Positions 36,269-48,279 of a stretch of 64,000 nt of DNA are shown here, one piece after another. Within the stretch, counting starts at the first letter, position 1. Every line of letters begins with the position of its first letter. The position numbers and the translations under genes are program-made. Below the pieces are notes generated by a model. That model ran no database searches, had not been told where the DNA came from, and was given only the letters and a program-made list of their open reading frames with translations. Source of the DNA: Zygnema circumcarinatum SAG 698-1b (Eukaryota; Plantae; Zygnematophyceae). The DNA lies in NCBI GenBank assembly GCA_037447605.1, contig CM074821.1:1364001-1428000 (forward strand), in the 5' to 3' direction.

Positions 36269-36561
36269 GGGGAAAATGGCATTGATCTCACGATGGCGAT
36301 GCCATCAGATGTACATGGACAACATCATCATGGGGAACCACGAGGGTCTGGTCGCAAAGGACCTGAGCACAAAAGAAAAAAGCTAGGAGCGGAAAAGTGT
36401 ATGGCGTTTTTTTTTTTCGGCGTAGCTTTCCGCTCGTCGCTTTTATCTTTTGTGCTTGGGTACTTTACGACCAGTTCCTCGGGGTTTCTCATGCTGATGT
36501 TGTCCATGCAGATTTGATGGCATCATCGCCATTGTGAGATCAATGCCACTTCCGTTTCCCC
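36269..36561. mobile_element. Foldback/MITE-like element with about 130-bp imperfect inverted arms
   Basis: GGGGAAA..TGGCATTGATCTCACGATGGCG...GAGCGGAAA (36269-36395) is mirrored at 36428-36561. Related partial copies at about 34840-34925 and 5290-5378. Confidence 0.75.
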
Positions 36562-36823
36562 TTCTTCGGATTACTAAATGATACGGTAATGTAAAAGCAA
36601 ACAGGTTGAGAAATTGAGAAACGAGTTTTACTTAATTTCTTTCATTAAGAAAAAAGAGATCGTGAGAGTCGTTTGAACTTATTCCGCTCCTGCCACCGCT
36701 CCGACAGTGAGGCCGCAGGGCCACTTCTTCAAGAGCACGGCACCCTCAAAGGCGAACAGCTTTTCAAAGTCTGAGGGGGGGTTCAAGCGGTGTCCCACAA
36801 GAGGCGTACAAGCCCCCCCTCAG

Positions 36824-36893
36824 CATACATACATACATACATACATACATACATACATACATACATACATACATACATACATACATACATACA
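36824..36893 (+). repeat. (CATA)n microsatellite
   Basis: Direct reading; a second tract is at about 62059-62107. Confidence 0.9.
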
Positions 36894-37596
36894 ATACATG
36901 AAGTTAATAAAGTAACGTGAGTAAAGTAAAATAAATACATAAAGTTGATTCTTCAGAATCTGGGGGTGGGTAAGCCCCCTCAGCTTGTATATATGTAGGT
37001 CTACCACTGATTCCTTGGAGCTGGTCACAAATGGAAGAGGGTTAATGGAGGACGAGCGGCATCCATAGACTGGCAAGGAGCAAATGCTCGACAAGGACAG
37101 CTGGCATCCAGGGATTCGTCAGACAAATTATGAAGCCAGTTTTTTCTTTCTCAAAAAAGAGCACGGTAAATCCTTTCAAACCATCCTCGAAACGAATACT
37201 GCACTTTAACATACACGGTTGTAACAGACTACTCATGTTCCTAATCCAATAATATAGTGCACGGATTCTACTTTCTACATTTTGAGCAACATTACTCCAA
37301 AATTTTCCGTTTCGGAATGAAGGTAACGGCCCTACTTAACCCACAAATTAATGTCACACACAAGTTCACTTTCACTTTCAGCTTTGAGTCAATCTAACTT
37401 CATTCCGACCCGTCTGCTCCGTTCTGTTCAGTTCAGTTCACCTGAGTTCAGTTTTGCCGCCTTTATCGGAAACAAAAGCAGGTGACGGAACTCCACCTTT
37501 AAGAGATGCATGTATTCCCACCAGAGGCTCGATCCACGAGAGAGCCTCGAAACCCGCCTCTATCCCTATCTCTCTCTGTCTCTCTCTTTCTAACAT

Positions 37597-40500
37597 CTAC
37601 CTCCTCCCTCTCCCTCTCCCACGGATTCCCCCCCTCGGAGTAGCCCGGGTTGGAGTGCGGGTCTGTTGTACCGGCTCATAAGAATCATAAGATGTCGTGC
37701 TTCCATTTCCATAGTATGAGGGTTCGGGGGCCGGCGTGGGTACGGGAGCTGCCGCCTTGGTTTCCATTTTGTCTGGATCAGTGAGTCAGCCAGAGAGAGT
37801 GAGCGAGCGAGTGACCGGGGGGGGGGGGGGGGGGNNNNNNNNNNGGGGGGGGGGGGGGGGGGGGGGAGAATTTGAGAGCGAGAGGAGAGAACTTTTTGCC
37901 GCAGGAGTGTAAAAAATGCTAGGACGAGACACGAAGGCAAGGAAACCAACTATCGTAAGAACCTTGAACATCTCAGAAACCCTAACGACCCACAAAGATC
38001 TGACGACCACAACAGGGCTAAAGAAGTAAGAGCGCGTAAGAGCTTGGCTATGAAACGAGATGTCGTGAGAGAGGGAGCAGGAGAGAGGGCGAAGGCCGGG
38101 AGTAGGGTAGGTAGGACTATTTAAGGCCTAGTGTCCTACCTGTACAAAGACTGAACATACCAGTACTTGCTATCAACTATGGGAAGGATGAAAGGGATGG
38201 AAATGTCTATATGACGCCCCCATCCTAAAAACATAAAAAACATGCCTATGCTTAGATTTTGAGAGTTTTGCAGACCCCAGGAATATTATCGATGTGTAGA
38301 GTTTCCCTTGACTTGCAATAACTACCAGAAAATTTGTCAATGTGCGTCTGGATGTAGCAAGTCTGGGTAACTTGTCGGTGGGGAAAAACCGCCCAGGATT
38401 CAATGAGATGAACCCTACAAAACTAACAAACTCCACTCTGCTTCAACAGCCCGAGAAAATCCGACGAATGATGGACATCCCTGCTTACCTTTCCCAAAGA
38501 AGGACCCCTGCTTGATGGAGTCGTCGTTGGCATTTCCGAGCTCGGCCCCTTCCAGATACTTGTCAGCGAGCTGCACGCGTTTGACATTCTCCTGCTCGGC
38601 GACGAGCATGTTGCCGTACATGAGCAGCGTCTGCAGGTTCATGGGCGGCTGCGCGAAGGAGGGCGGCCCCTCGCGCGAGTTCACGAGCTTCTTCCCGATG
38701 TTCTCCACGCCGATCTCCGCCACCCACTTGCGCACCTCGTCGTCGTACACGCGAGCACGCAGTGCTCCGAAGAAGTCTGAGACAAGAGAGGGGGGATTAG
38801 ATTAGTTTTGGAATGAACGGGGAACTGGTACAACAATTCGAATTAATGTAGGGGATCATGGGGGGTTCAAGGGTCGGAAAAGGATAGGAGGCTCGGGAGG
38901 ATGAAGGGGGTTTCTTCGCTAGTAATCGTTAGGGTGAGGTTTAGGGCTTCGAAGGGTAAGGGAGGACAAGGTTTTGCATGCAGCTTCAGGTATGACAGAG
39001 CTTTCAGAAAAACAAGAGTAGCTAAAGGAGCAATGGTGGCTGACGTGTTGAGAATACATGTAATGTCCGTGCTCCGCCCCTACTCACTAACGTTTGGACT
39101 TCAGCTATAAACTACTACAATCGAAAACCAAAATGTCGACTTTTTTAAGTTCGAGTACGTTTGATGCTCAATGACTTCTGGGAATAACATCAGTAGACAT
39201 GTATCTGTGTGCATAGCTGCCAAAATAGTCTAAGTTTTATCACGTGAGCTGATCACCGAGGGAGGATAGCTCAAATGTCCCAACATCCCAAAGCTTTCAT
39301 TCTTTAAACATGATGTATAACTCTTTCTGACCTCCTGACAAGACATGAATTGGCTGAATAAGCTGAAGCCTAGTGCCATGGGAGGCAGGAGAGAAATAAT
39401 ATGAAACAGAAGCATACGGTCACTTCAAGAAACAGGACAAATATTTGTGGCATACTGGACTGCATGAGAAGTGGGGTATGGATTGGCTAAGTTCCGAGCA
39501 TGGTACATAAAAAAAAGGAGTGACTCAGGATTTTGTAAGAGGCAGGAGCATAGCCTCCCCCATTTTTTGTTAAGTGCAAAACTAGTGAATGCTAACCGTG
39601 ACAGAGGGATGACGGCAGCATGAGAAGAAACCCATGCAACAGAGGACGACTCCGACCTGATGGGAAAAAAACCACGAGGAAAGGTTGACACTGACCAATG
39701 GACTGGCCGGGGAAGGAGTCGACAATGGTGACCACGTCCTCCTCCGGAATGTTGTCGAGCCGGAAGATGCCCTGGCACACCCCAATGCGGTCGTCGCGGG
39801 TAGGCGCCCAATAGAACTTCTCCATGCGCCCGTCACGGATGAGAGGAGCGTAGAGAGTGGAGAAGTCATTACCAGTCACAATGACCGGCACGCGAGGAAT
39901 CTCCTCCTTGTTGTATCTGCACAAGGGCGACAACAACTACACGCGTAATGTAAGCCTTATTTTCGAGGCAGAGTACTCTTCATCCCCAGAAGCCTATGAG
40001 AAGTTCAGCGGGACTTGCAGGCAAAAGCAAGGAAGTTAAGGACTTTACGCTAGATTGGACTTCCAGCTGAATAACAGAGGAGGAGATACAGAGCGAGAAG
40101 ATGAGGGAGAAAAGAGAAGTACTGGGAAAGTGGAGAGGAAGGGGAGGGAAGAAGGACTGAGACGGACAGGGGAAGAAATTAGGACAGCGGAGCGTGTGAA
40201 GACACGCGAGGGGCATGCACAGGGAACAAGCAACGAAAGGGAAGGAGGACAAAAGGGACAGTGAGAGAGACAGGCTATGAGGGACTTCTAGCTGAAGGGA
40301 GTAGGGAGAGCCGGGGAAAAAGAGAGGGCGAGGAGGCTAGAAAGGCAGGAGAAGAAGTGCAAGTGGTAGAGAGAACGCGAGAGGAAGGATGAAGAGGAGA
40401 GAAAAGCGGGATTGAGAGGACGAAGGAAAGCGTGAGAGATGTACTTACATTCCTGGGAGCTGCACGTTGGTGGGGTTGTCAGCGATGTTCATGAGCGTTG

Positions 40501-42608
40501 CGTTGACCATTTGGTTGTTGACCGTGTACTGCGTTGTGCCGCCCATGCGGCCCGCGCCCGCGTCGAGGTCGTTGATGAAGAGGCAGCACATCTTGCCCTT
40601 CTTGATGATGTCGGAGGCCTCGCGGTAGCGCTGCCGGATGAGCTTGGCCGGCTCGCCCGCATTGCCAGACTCGAGCTCACCCGCGCTCATCATGATGGGG
40701 CTGCGTATACAGGCAAACATTCAAAGTGTCAGTTCAGCACGAGTGTAGAAAGGATTTTCTGTTCTACACGGGCCATAAAGTAATACAGAGATGAGAGAAA
40801 AAAGCACGTTAGGCAGCAAGAAATTGGGGGGCAGCAGCATGCTTATGATCACTGTGATGGGGCTGCGCATGAAGGCATGCATTGAAAGTGTCCGTTTTCA
40901 AAACGGTTACAGGGGTGGTGTTCTCATGGGGCATGTGCAGAGTAAAGTGAAAGACGGATACAGAAAGAGATCAAAGGCAGCAGATTGGACATCAAGCAAA
41001 AGGAGTGCATTCGGTTGCAAGGTCAGGGACTTACTTGATTCCGAGCTTTGCGAAAATGAGCTCCGCCTGGAAGGACTTTCCTTGACCCTTTCCTCCCCAG
41101 ACTCCAAGAATCAAAGGAACCTGCAATAGCATTTACCACTTTATCCGTGATTCCGCTGGAGAGCAGAGCTGAAATGAAAGGAGAATTCATTCCAGTGATT
41201 CAAGTGGCAAAAAATCGAGAAAAAAAAGACGGCACGAGCAAGCAAAGTCGTGATTCGCAAAGGACCACTTCTCACCTTAATATTGGGCAGCTTCATGAAG
41301 TTCTTTGCAAGATGAACAACAATTTTATCCATGAAGGCAGGCGCAATGTAGTAGCCATCCATGGTGTTATCCCATTCCAGGCTGCACCCCCATACATGAA
41401 AACCCCATGTGATTAAACTTCAGATGCAAATTCTCAGCAAGAGTGAAAAACTAAGAGCATCGACTAAAATGGGCGGAAAGGTTTTCAAGATTCGACGATC
41501 ACTAGACAAGCAACTGCACAAAAGCTACATTTACTATACAAGTTCCATAGAAGCGATGGCATTACAAGCTGTCTGCAGATTCTAGCTTACTTGCGCTGCC
41601 CCTGGCTGATGTAATCGTAGCTCGACATGACGGCATTGGCAGTGCCATCTCCCCATCCGCCCTGCATCACACACACGCGTTACGCCCTCTCCCGTCAGCT
41701 CACATCTCAAAATCAAACAACCGCATCTTCAAAAACAAGACTCGCCAACGAAGATTGAAATAGAAAATCAGAACTAGGTTCTAATGGGACACTTCTATCC
41801 GAGGCAAGGCCAGACGAAAAATCAAACTACAAACTGCCACGTAGATCTGAACAGCTGACACAAAAACCGCAAGCGAAGGCCAACGCATCCTGCATCCTGC
41901 ACAAGTCGCGGAAACAAAACGCGAGGCAAGAAGTCTGGTTAGCAGCAGATTGAGAGGAGGAAGAGAGGGCGGGCGGAGCACCTGGAAGAGCGAGTCCACC
42001 ATGCCCTTCCCCCGGGAGATGTCCTGCTGGTCGTCCGAGATGTCGTTCCCGAGGCCGGACCATTTGTCCGACCCCGCCCGGCAAACCACGCGCGCCGCGC
42101 CCTGCGGCGCTCCAAGCACTGCAGTGGAGGACGCTTTGCTTCTGCTGCCAAGGAAGGAGGAGGACGCTGGAGCTTCAAGCTTGCTGCTAGTACTGACTAC
42201 ATTTGCGGCCGCCTGGAAAGGATCAAAGATTTTGCCAACAACTGTTAGGATTCACAGCCTGAAAGGCGCATTCAGACGAATGAACTGCAGATGATCCTGC
42301 AGAAAAGTGTCCGGAACAAAGCCCATACATTTGCTGGAGGTATGCAGGAAAATGGCTGCCGCAAGGAGCTGAATGAAGTAAGATTGACGAAATGCTAGAG
42401 ATTACAAGAGTAGCACGAAGTCAATAAGCTGCAGGAATCGCAAGAAAATGCATAAAGAAAACTCTGCGAAAAAAAAAATCAGTGAAGCATAAAGCCAGCC
42501 ACTTCTCTGCGAAAAGTTCTATGCAGCCATGGGCAATGCGTGATATGGAGTGCGTTACCGTACCTTTGGCAAGGTCGCCATTATCTGAGCCATGGAGGCG
42601 GCAGTCAT
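37597..42608 (-). CDS. RCA: Rubisco activase, chloroplast precursor, 9 predicted exons
   Basis: Transit peptide followed by [129 protein letters not shown] and [18 protein letters not shown]; GT-AG borders throughout. The last exon (37772-37597) is tentative. Confidence 0.95.
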
Positions 42609-42789
42609 GGCGTCCAAGCTCTCCTCCTCCTTCAAGAGCTTCCCTCCAAACAAACGTTCTAAAAAAATTGTCAAAAGCACAAGCCTGATCCGCTTGGTCT
42701 TGAAACTTGAGGACGTCCAGAAACTTTCAATCGAAATGAGTACTCAATCCTGGGTGGAAAAAAATAAAACCGGCTTTTGTAGAGTACGT

Positions 42790-42950
42790 TTTTTATATTT
42801 GTGGATGAACATTCAGAGGGGCTCGGTTTCAAGGTAAGGGGAGACGACGGCTGGGCCACAAGCGGCGGGCGGCGGATTCGGTTTTGCGGATTTGACCAAT
42901 GGTCTAGCGCCACGTGGACAGAAGCTGCTGTGTTCGTGACACGTGGCGGC
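42790..42950 (-). promoter_or_regulatory. Probable RCA promoter: TATA-like box and G-boxes
   Basis: ATATAAAA on the minus strand near 42795; GCCACGTGG at about 42909 and GACACGTGGC at about 42937, upstream of the start at 42608. Confidence 0.45.
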
Positions 42951-44167
42951 GAGTTCTTTCAATTGGAGGCCTTTTTGTGGACCAGAAGTGTGGGGCAACA
43001 TGCTTGAGAGATCAACTCTTAAGTTGATCTGAATTCATCTGACCAATCAAAGCGTTACTCTGTACGTACGAAGTTGACACGAAGGTGGATTCACGAAGGT
43101 TAAGTCAGAGCCGAGGTGGAATAGGCTTGGCGATGCCCGATCCCCTCAGTAGATCAAGGATCAACTGAAAACGAAATCGATACTGTCTGAATACATTCAT
43201 CCAATGACGGTGAAGGATTAAGGGGTTGCGTAGATCCACCCTGCCACGTGGTATCGAATATTCGCAGGAAAATGCAGCCATTCGTTCTCGCTATCAGAGT
43301 TCAAGCGCTGGTCAAAATCTGTCCGGCCCAACCATTTGCTGACACGTTGACTCTATGACACGTGGCAGCATATAAGCAGCAAGAGCTGCCCGAATCCGCA
43401 CAGAAAAAATATAAACCAATCGTAAATTGACACGTGCAAACATGACATTACCGAAACAACCGTGGTCAGCGTCGACCGACTCCAAGCAAGGGCTTGGACT
43501 GCACACGTCATCTCAACACGTGCAACATAGAACCCGTTCAGTATCTATTTCAAGGGACGGTAAACTGCCGCATGTGTCTTGGAACATAGAACCTGTTCGG
43601 TATCTATTTCACGGAACAGCAAACTGTCGCATATGTTCTGTCTCTAACACTCGTTTACCTGTCGTCATTTAGAGGAAGTACGCCGCTGCAGGCGGATAGG
43701 GATCTCTCCGGAGTACTCGTTTTGATATCAGATTTACAGACCATTTTCCTGAATTCTGCTGACGATTAGTAAGGCTGACACGTCCTCTACCAGTGCCATA
43801 TTCATATCATTTTTTAGAAATTTCCACTAACAACCTTCTAAGCATCCGCCCAAAAATGTGGCACTTCTAACCACAGAAGAAAATCAGCAACTCTCCGATT
43901 ATTCGACATTGCATAAACTAAAAAACCGTTCAACGTAAGTAATTCTCCTTTTGACTTTTCCTCCCACACGTCATGCATGAACGTATTTCCCGGGAAACCC
44001 TATGAAGGTCCTAAAACCCCTAAAATCTGTACATGCCTTTGACCCTGCCTGCCGACGTGCGTGCGAGCTGCAAATCATGAATTATCAATGAACAAATTCC
44101 CTTTTCAAAGTAAATTAAAGTTCCGATCAAGGTTAACCAACTGACTATGGTCATCCAAACTAACCAA

Positions 44168-44243
44168 CCCTAACCCTAACCCTAACCCTAACCCTAACCC
44201 TAACCCTAACCCTAACCCTAAACCCTAAACCCTAAACCCTGAA
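44168..44243 (+). repeat. Interstitial telomere-like array (CCCTAA)8(CCCTAAA)3
   Basis: Counted directly from the sequence. Confidence 0.9.
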
Positions 44244-44289
44244 CCTAACGCCTTAAGCTCCCTACCCCTAAAACCGCCGAGACCAACCC

Positions 44290-47200
44290 TCACCTGCTCG
44301 AAGTGATCTCCATCACATTTTTCACAAAAATTCCGACGGCCGCGCAGACCCCGATCGCCACGAGCGCGGGCAGCGAGCGGCGCTCCGCATTGGTCAGTTC
44401 GATCCCGGGCAGCCGGGTCGCCGCGATGGCGGGCAGGAGGAGGGAAACGACCACGGAGCAGACCCCGCCCACGAGGGACTCCACATGGGCCAACGCGTTG
44501 TACCTGCTCACAGTGTACGTGGGAGGGAGAGGGAGAGGGAGAGGGAGAGGGAGGGAGAGGGGAGGGAGGGGAGGGGGAGGGGGAGGGGGAAGGGGAGGGG
44601 GAGGGGGAGAGGGGGAGGGGGAGGGGGAGGGGGGAGGGGAGGGGGAGGGGGAGGGGGAGGGGGAAGGGGAGGGGGGGGAGGGGGGAGGGGGAGGGGGAGG
44701 GGGAGGGGGAGGGGGAGGGGGAGGGGGAGGGGGGAGGGGAGGGGGAGGGGGAGGGGGGGAGGGGGAGGGGGCAAAAGGAGGATGAGGGGGAGAGGGGGAG
44801 GGAGAGGGGGACGGAGATGGAGGGGGAGAGGAGGAGAATGAAGGGGGAGAAGAGAGACACAGCCTATGTAAAGTACATGCACAAGATGCGGCCCAACAGG
44901 GGGGGCTTTCTCCATTGCCAAATATTGTCGAGAATCTTCCAATGGAGATTTGCCAGGTGTACAAAGTTGTGTACGTGGCAAATTCCCATTGACGGATTCT
45001 TGACTACAGTTCGTAATGGAGAACGATGTTTGATCATTTTCATATTTTTTCCTCAAAAAAAAACTTAGACAGCACATAGAAATGGCTCAGCCATGTCGAG
45101 ACAAAAAGGAATAGGGGCAAAAGGTGACAGAATAAGGCGAGTACAGACGAGACAAAACGAGCCGAGTTGAGAGAAAATGTGAGTTGAAATGAAAGTAGGC
45201 TCACTCACCCGACCAAAGCTGACACATAGCCGACTGCGACTACAGAAGTCCTCACGATTGGCTCCAAAACTCCTGCTTTCTCCAAAGGACACAAAACCCC
45301 ACTGTATGTATCTCGAGATGATCTCATCTATGAGTATGATGCAGCATACACAGAATGCAGTTACATGCACATGCAAGGATGTGAAAGGGGGTTTTTAGGG
45401 TTAAGGGTTAAGGTTTAGGGTTGAGGGTTTGTTTCTAGGGTACCACGTGGAGAAGGGCACTTTTTTGTCACTATACCCATCACTATACATATCAACATTC
45501 ATACCCATCACCCCATACCCCATAACCCATACCCACATTTCAGGAACATTACATCACCTCTTGGATGCTGATGGATGCTCCCCTCTGCGAAGTCAACAAT
45601 CACCTCTGCCATTACATAGACCAACGGCTGCAAAGAAACACCAAAGAAGAATTCAGCTTTTGAAAGACACTCTGAGCTTGAGTCGTAGAGATGAAAAGAC
45701 AAAAAAAAAAAAAAAAACTCCACGGACTCCAAAACCTTGATACAGCCACCCTCCCCTACATACATTGAAACCTGCAGACACTCTAAACCCCAAATATTCT
45801 GAACCCTAAAGCCGCACCGGAATCGTTGTGTACACGCTGAGGGCCACGAGAGCAGTGAGTGCTTGACTGACGGAGATGGAAAACGATCCGACTCGCAAAA
45901 GGTAGATTCCGGCAACACTGGAGGAGCTGTTCAGACTGGCAGTGACGAGAACATTCAGGGAGTCCCCAAAGTAGAGATATGCAAACGTGCCCATGGTCGC
46001 ATACCTGCATGAACATGCAACAATTCAGTTTTATGAGTAATTGGTATGAGGCTTGGGATTTGGATTCTAATAAAATGTAGGTCATACAACGTCCCTTACG
46101 TTTCTTCACATTTCGCTCCGAGCACGCCATCCTTTGTCCCCCCATTTCCCCTTCCTCTTCGGCGAGGCAGTTGGCTATTTATAAAGCTCTTTGTTGATCA
46201 TGGCAGATCAGATCACGGACCTTCCCCCCTCCTCCTCTCCCTCCCCACCCTCCTTCCCCCCCTTCTCCTCCCCCCCCTCCCCCCTCCCCCCTTCCTCTCC
46301 CTTCCCCCCTCCTCCCCCTTCCCCCCACTCCTCCCCCTTCTCCNNNNNNNNNNCTCATAGGGGCACGTGGGGGGGGACTCATAGGGGGACGTGGGGGACT
46401 CAATAGGGGGACGTGGGGGGACTCATAGGGGCACGTGGGGGACTCAATAGGGGGACGTGGGGGGACTCATAAGGGCACGTGGGGGGGCCTCATAGGGGCA
46501 CGTGGGGGGACTCATAGGGGCACGTGGGGGGACTCATAGGGGGAGGGGGGGGTGGGTTTAATAGGGGAAGGGGGAGGTTCCCCTTTCATTAAAAGGGTTT
46601 GGGAGTTTGGAGGTGTAGCGTTTAGGGTTTTAGGATTTTTTGTAACTTGGTTTTTCGGACGTACCAAGACAGAGGAGTGTCGATCCGACAATTCCCGAAA
46701 GCGATATGGAAGTGAGCCGACTGAAGGTTCGAATCAGTACGGCCGGGACGACGACGAAGGTGCTGCCAATAACTGCCACGTGTCTGCACCAAACCCTAAA
46801 ACCCTAATTCTAAAAAAAGGCAAAAAAAGTGTCCGACTGATTTTCACTTTTTTCAAGTTGACCATAACACACTTTTCTGTGTTAAATTCGATTCACGAGA
46901 TGAGATGTTCATCATGAGATGATCATGAGATGTGTCTTCATGAGATGTTTAAAAAAAAAAAATGAAAATTGAGTTGACGATGAGCGTCACCTCCAGAAGA
47001 AAGTTTTTTTTTTTTTAAACTGACAAAAGTGGGGCTTTGAGTGCTGACCTGGCGGGAAGGCATACGTGGACCAAACAGACGCCGCCAGGTGGCAGCAGAA
47101 GAGCAATCGATTTCCAAAAGGCAATAAGACACATTCCTAAAGCCCCCCAGAACTCCAACAGAACTGCTCCCATCACCTGAACCCTTCAAAACCCTCCTCG

Positions 47201-48279
47201 CATTCGTTAACACCATAATACAGGAAACCAAAAAAAGGTTTTAGAAAGGGGATCACAGGCTCATTTCATGTCGCTGCAAAGTCAAAAGCTTTTTTTTTAA
47301 GTGCAAAGTTTAAGAGCTTAATTAATTTGCAACAAGAAATCCCGAGTGGCTTTAGGGTTTTAGGATTTCAGAGTCAGAATTTTGGCCTCACAATCCATTG
47401 CCCTGCTGGCCCGAGCGCTGCCTTTCCTATGTTTGGGTAGGAGGGGACTACGCCACGTGGCAGTGCCTCGGCGGACCTGCAGAGGAGCTTCGCAGACCAA
47501 CTGAAGATATATGTGCAGAACGCTAACACTGCCTGCAACGGAACACGGAATAGGGACCACATATAACAAGGAAACAATCGTTTAGAGAGGTTGGGGTAGA
47601 GAAAAGAGAATGATAGGAAAGGGCAAAGGCCGGGCGTGTGGGGGGCATTGGTGCTGTGAATTAGGGTTGAGTTCGGGAAAGGAGGGAGTGAATAGCGATA
47701 GAGGCTCCAAGTGTGCTTCACACGTGTGATAAATGAAGGATCAATTGAATAGATTTTTCATGTAACTGGGCAGAAAAAGAATTATTTTGGCATTATTACC
47801 AGACTCATCCATCCTCCAAGGCGGACCGCATACCCGGTCGATAGCAGGCCCACTCCCACATACAAATTAATCTGCATACAGAGAGCACTCACACAAATAT
47901 GTAGACACAACGTTTAAAGCGTAAGCATATGCTTTCGCAACATTAGAATTGTGTTAATGCCGATTGTAATGCAGGAACAGCAGATTTAATACGAATTTAA
48001 TAAGAAAATTAGAAAGTTTGAAGTCCTGACAGCGTTGAGAACAGTCTGCAAGTCGCTCTGCAGCAGGCTCGGGGGCGGCGCCAGGCCGTCGAATTGCTCC
48101 AGAAGCTCCTGCTTGCTGCTCAGCTTAGAGCGAGAGAGGGAGGACGGAGAGGGAGAGGGAGAGGGAGAGTGGGGAGCGGCGAGGAGCTCATGATGGAGGG
48201 AGGAGTGGGCGCCATGGCTGGAGAGAGGGAGGAGGGGAGCTCGGAGGGAGGGAGAGGGAGAGGGAGAGGCGGAGGCCAT
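44290..48279 (-). CDS. Amino-acid transporter, Aa_trans/AAAP family (AVT1-like), multi-exon
   Basis: Exons encode QTVLNA/INLYVGVGLLSTGYAVRLGGW, SAKLLCRS..PSYPNIGKAALG, VLLEFWG, VVVPAVLIRTFSRLTSISLSGIVGS, MGTFAYLYFGD and SLVGGVCSVVVSLLLPA. One internal exon is probably lost in the gap at about 46344. Confidence 0.85.
46354..46545 (+). repeat. About 22-bp G-rich minisatellite, 8 units, each containing ACGTGG
   Basis: Unit CTCA(A)TAGGGG[C/G]ACGTGGGGGG(G)A; intronic in the transporter gene. Confidence 0.9.

Noticed and set aside
36783-37094. ORF with faint resemblance to ERD2 (HIYKL...QLYVFILLYSRYF) and to the RCA alpha tail (LPVYGC)
   Set aside because: Runs into the (TATG)n repeat, lacks supporting exons and motifs; chance similarity.
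46175-46343. TATA plus MADQITD ORF antisense to the transporter
   Set aside because: Immediately becomes C/T low-complexity sequence inside an intron; no coding support.
46354-46545. CRISPR-like array
   Set aside because: Head-to-tail units without unique spacers, no cas genes, eukaryotic context.
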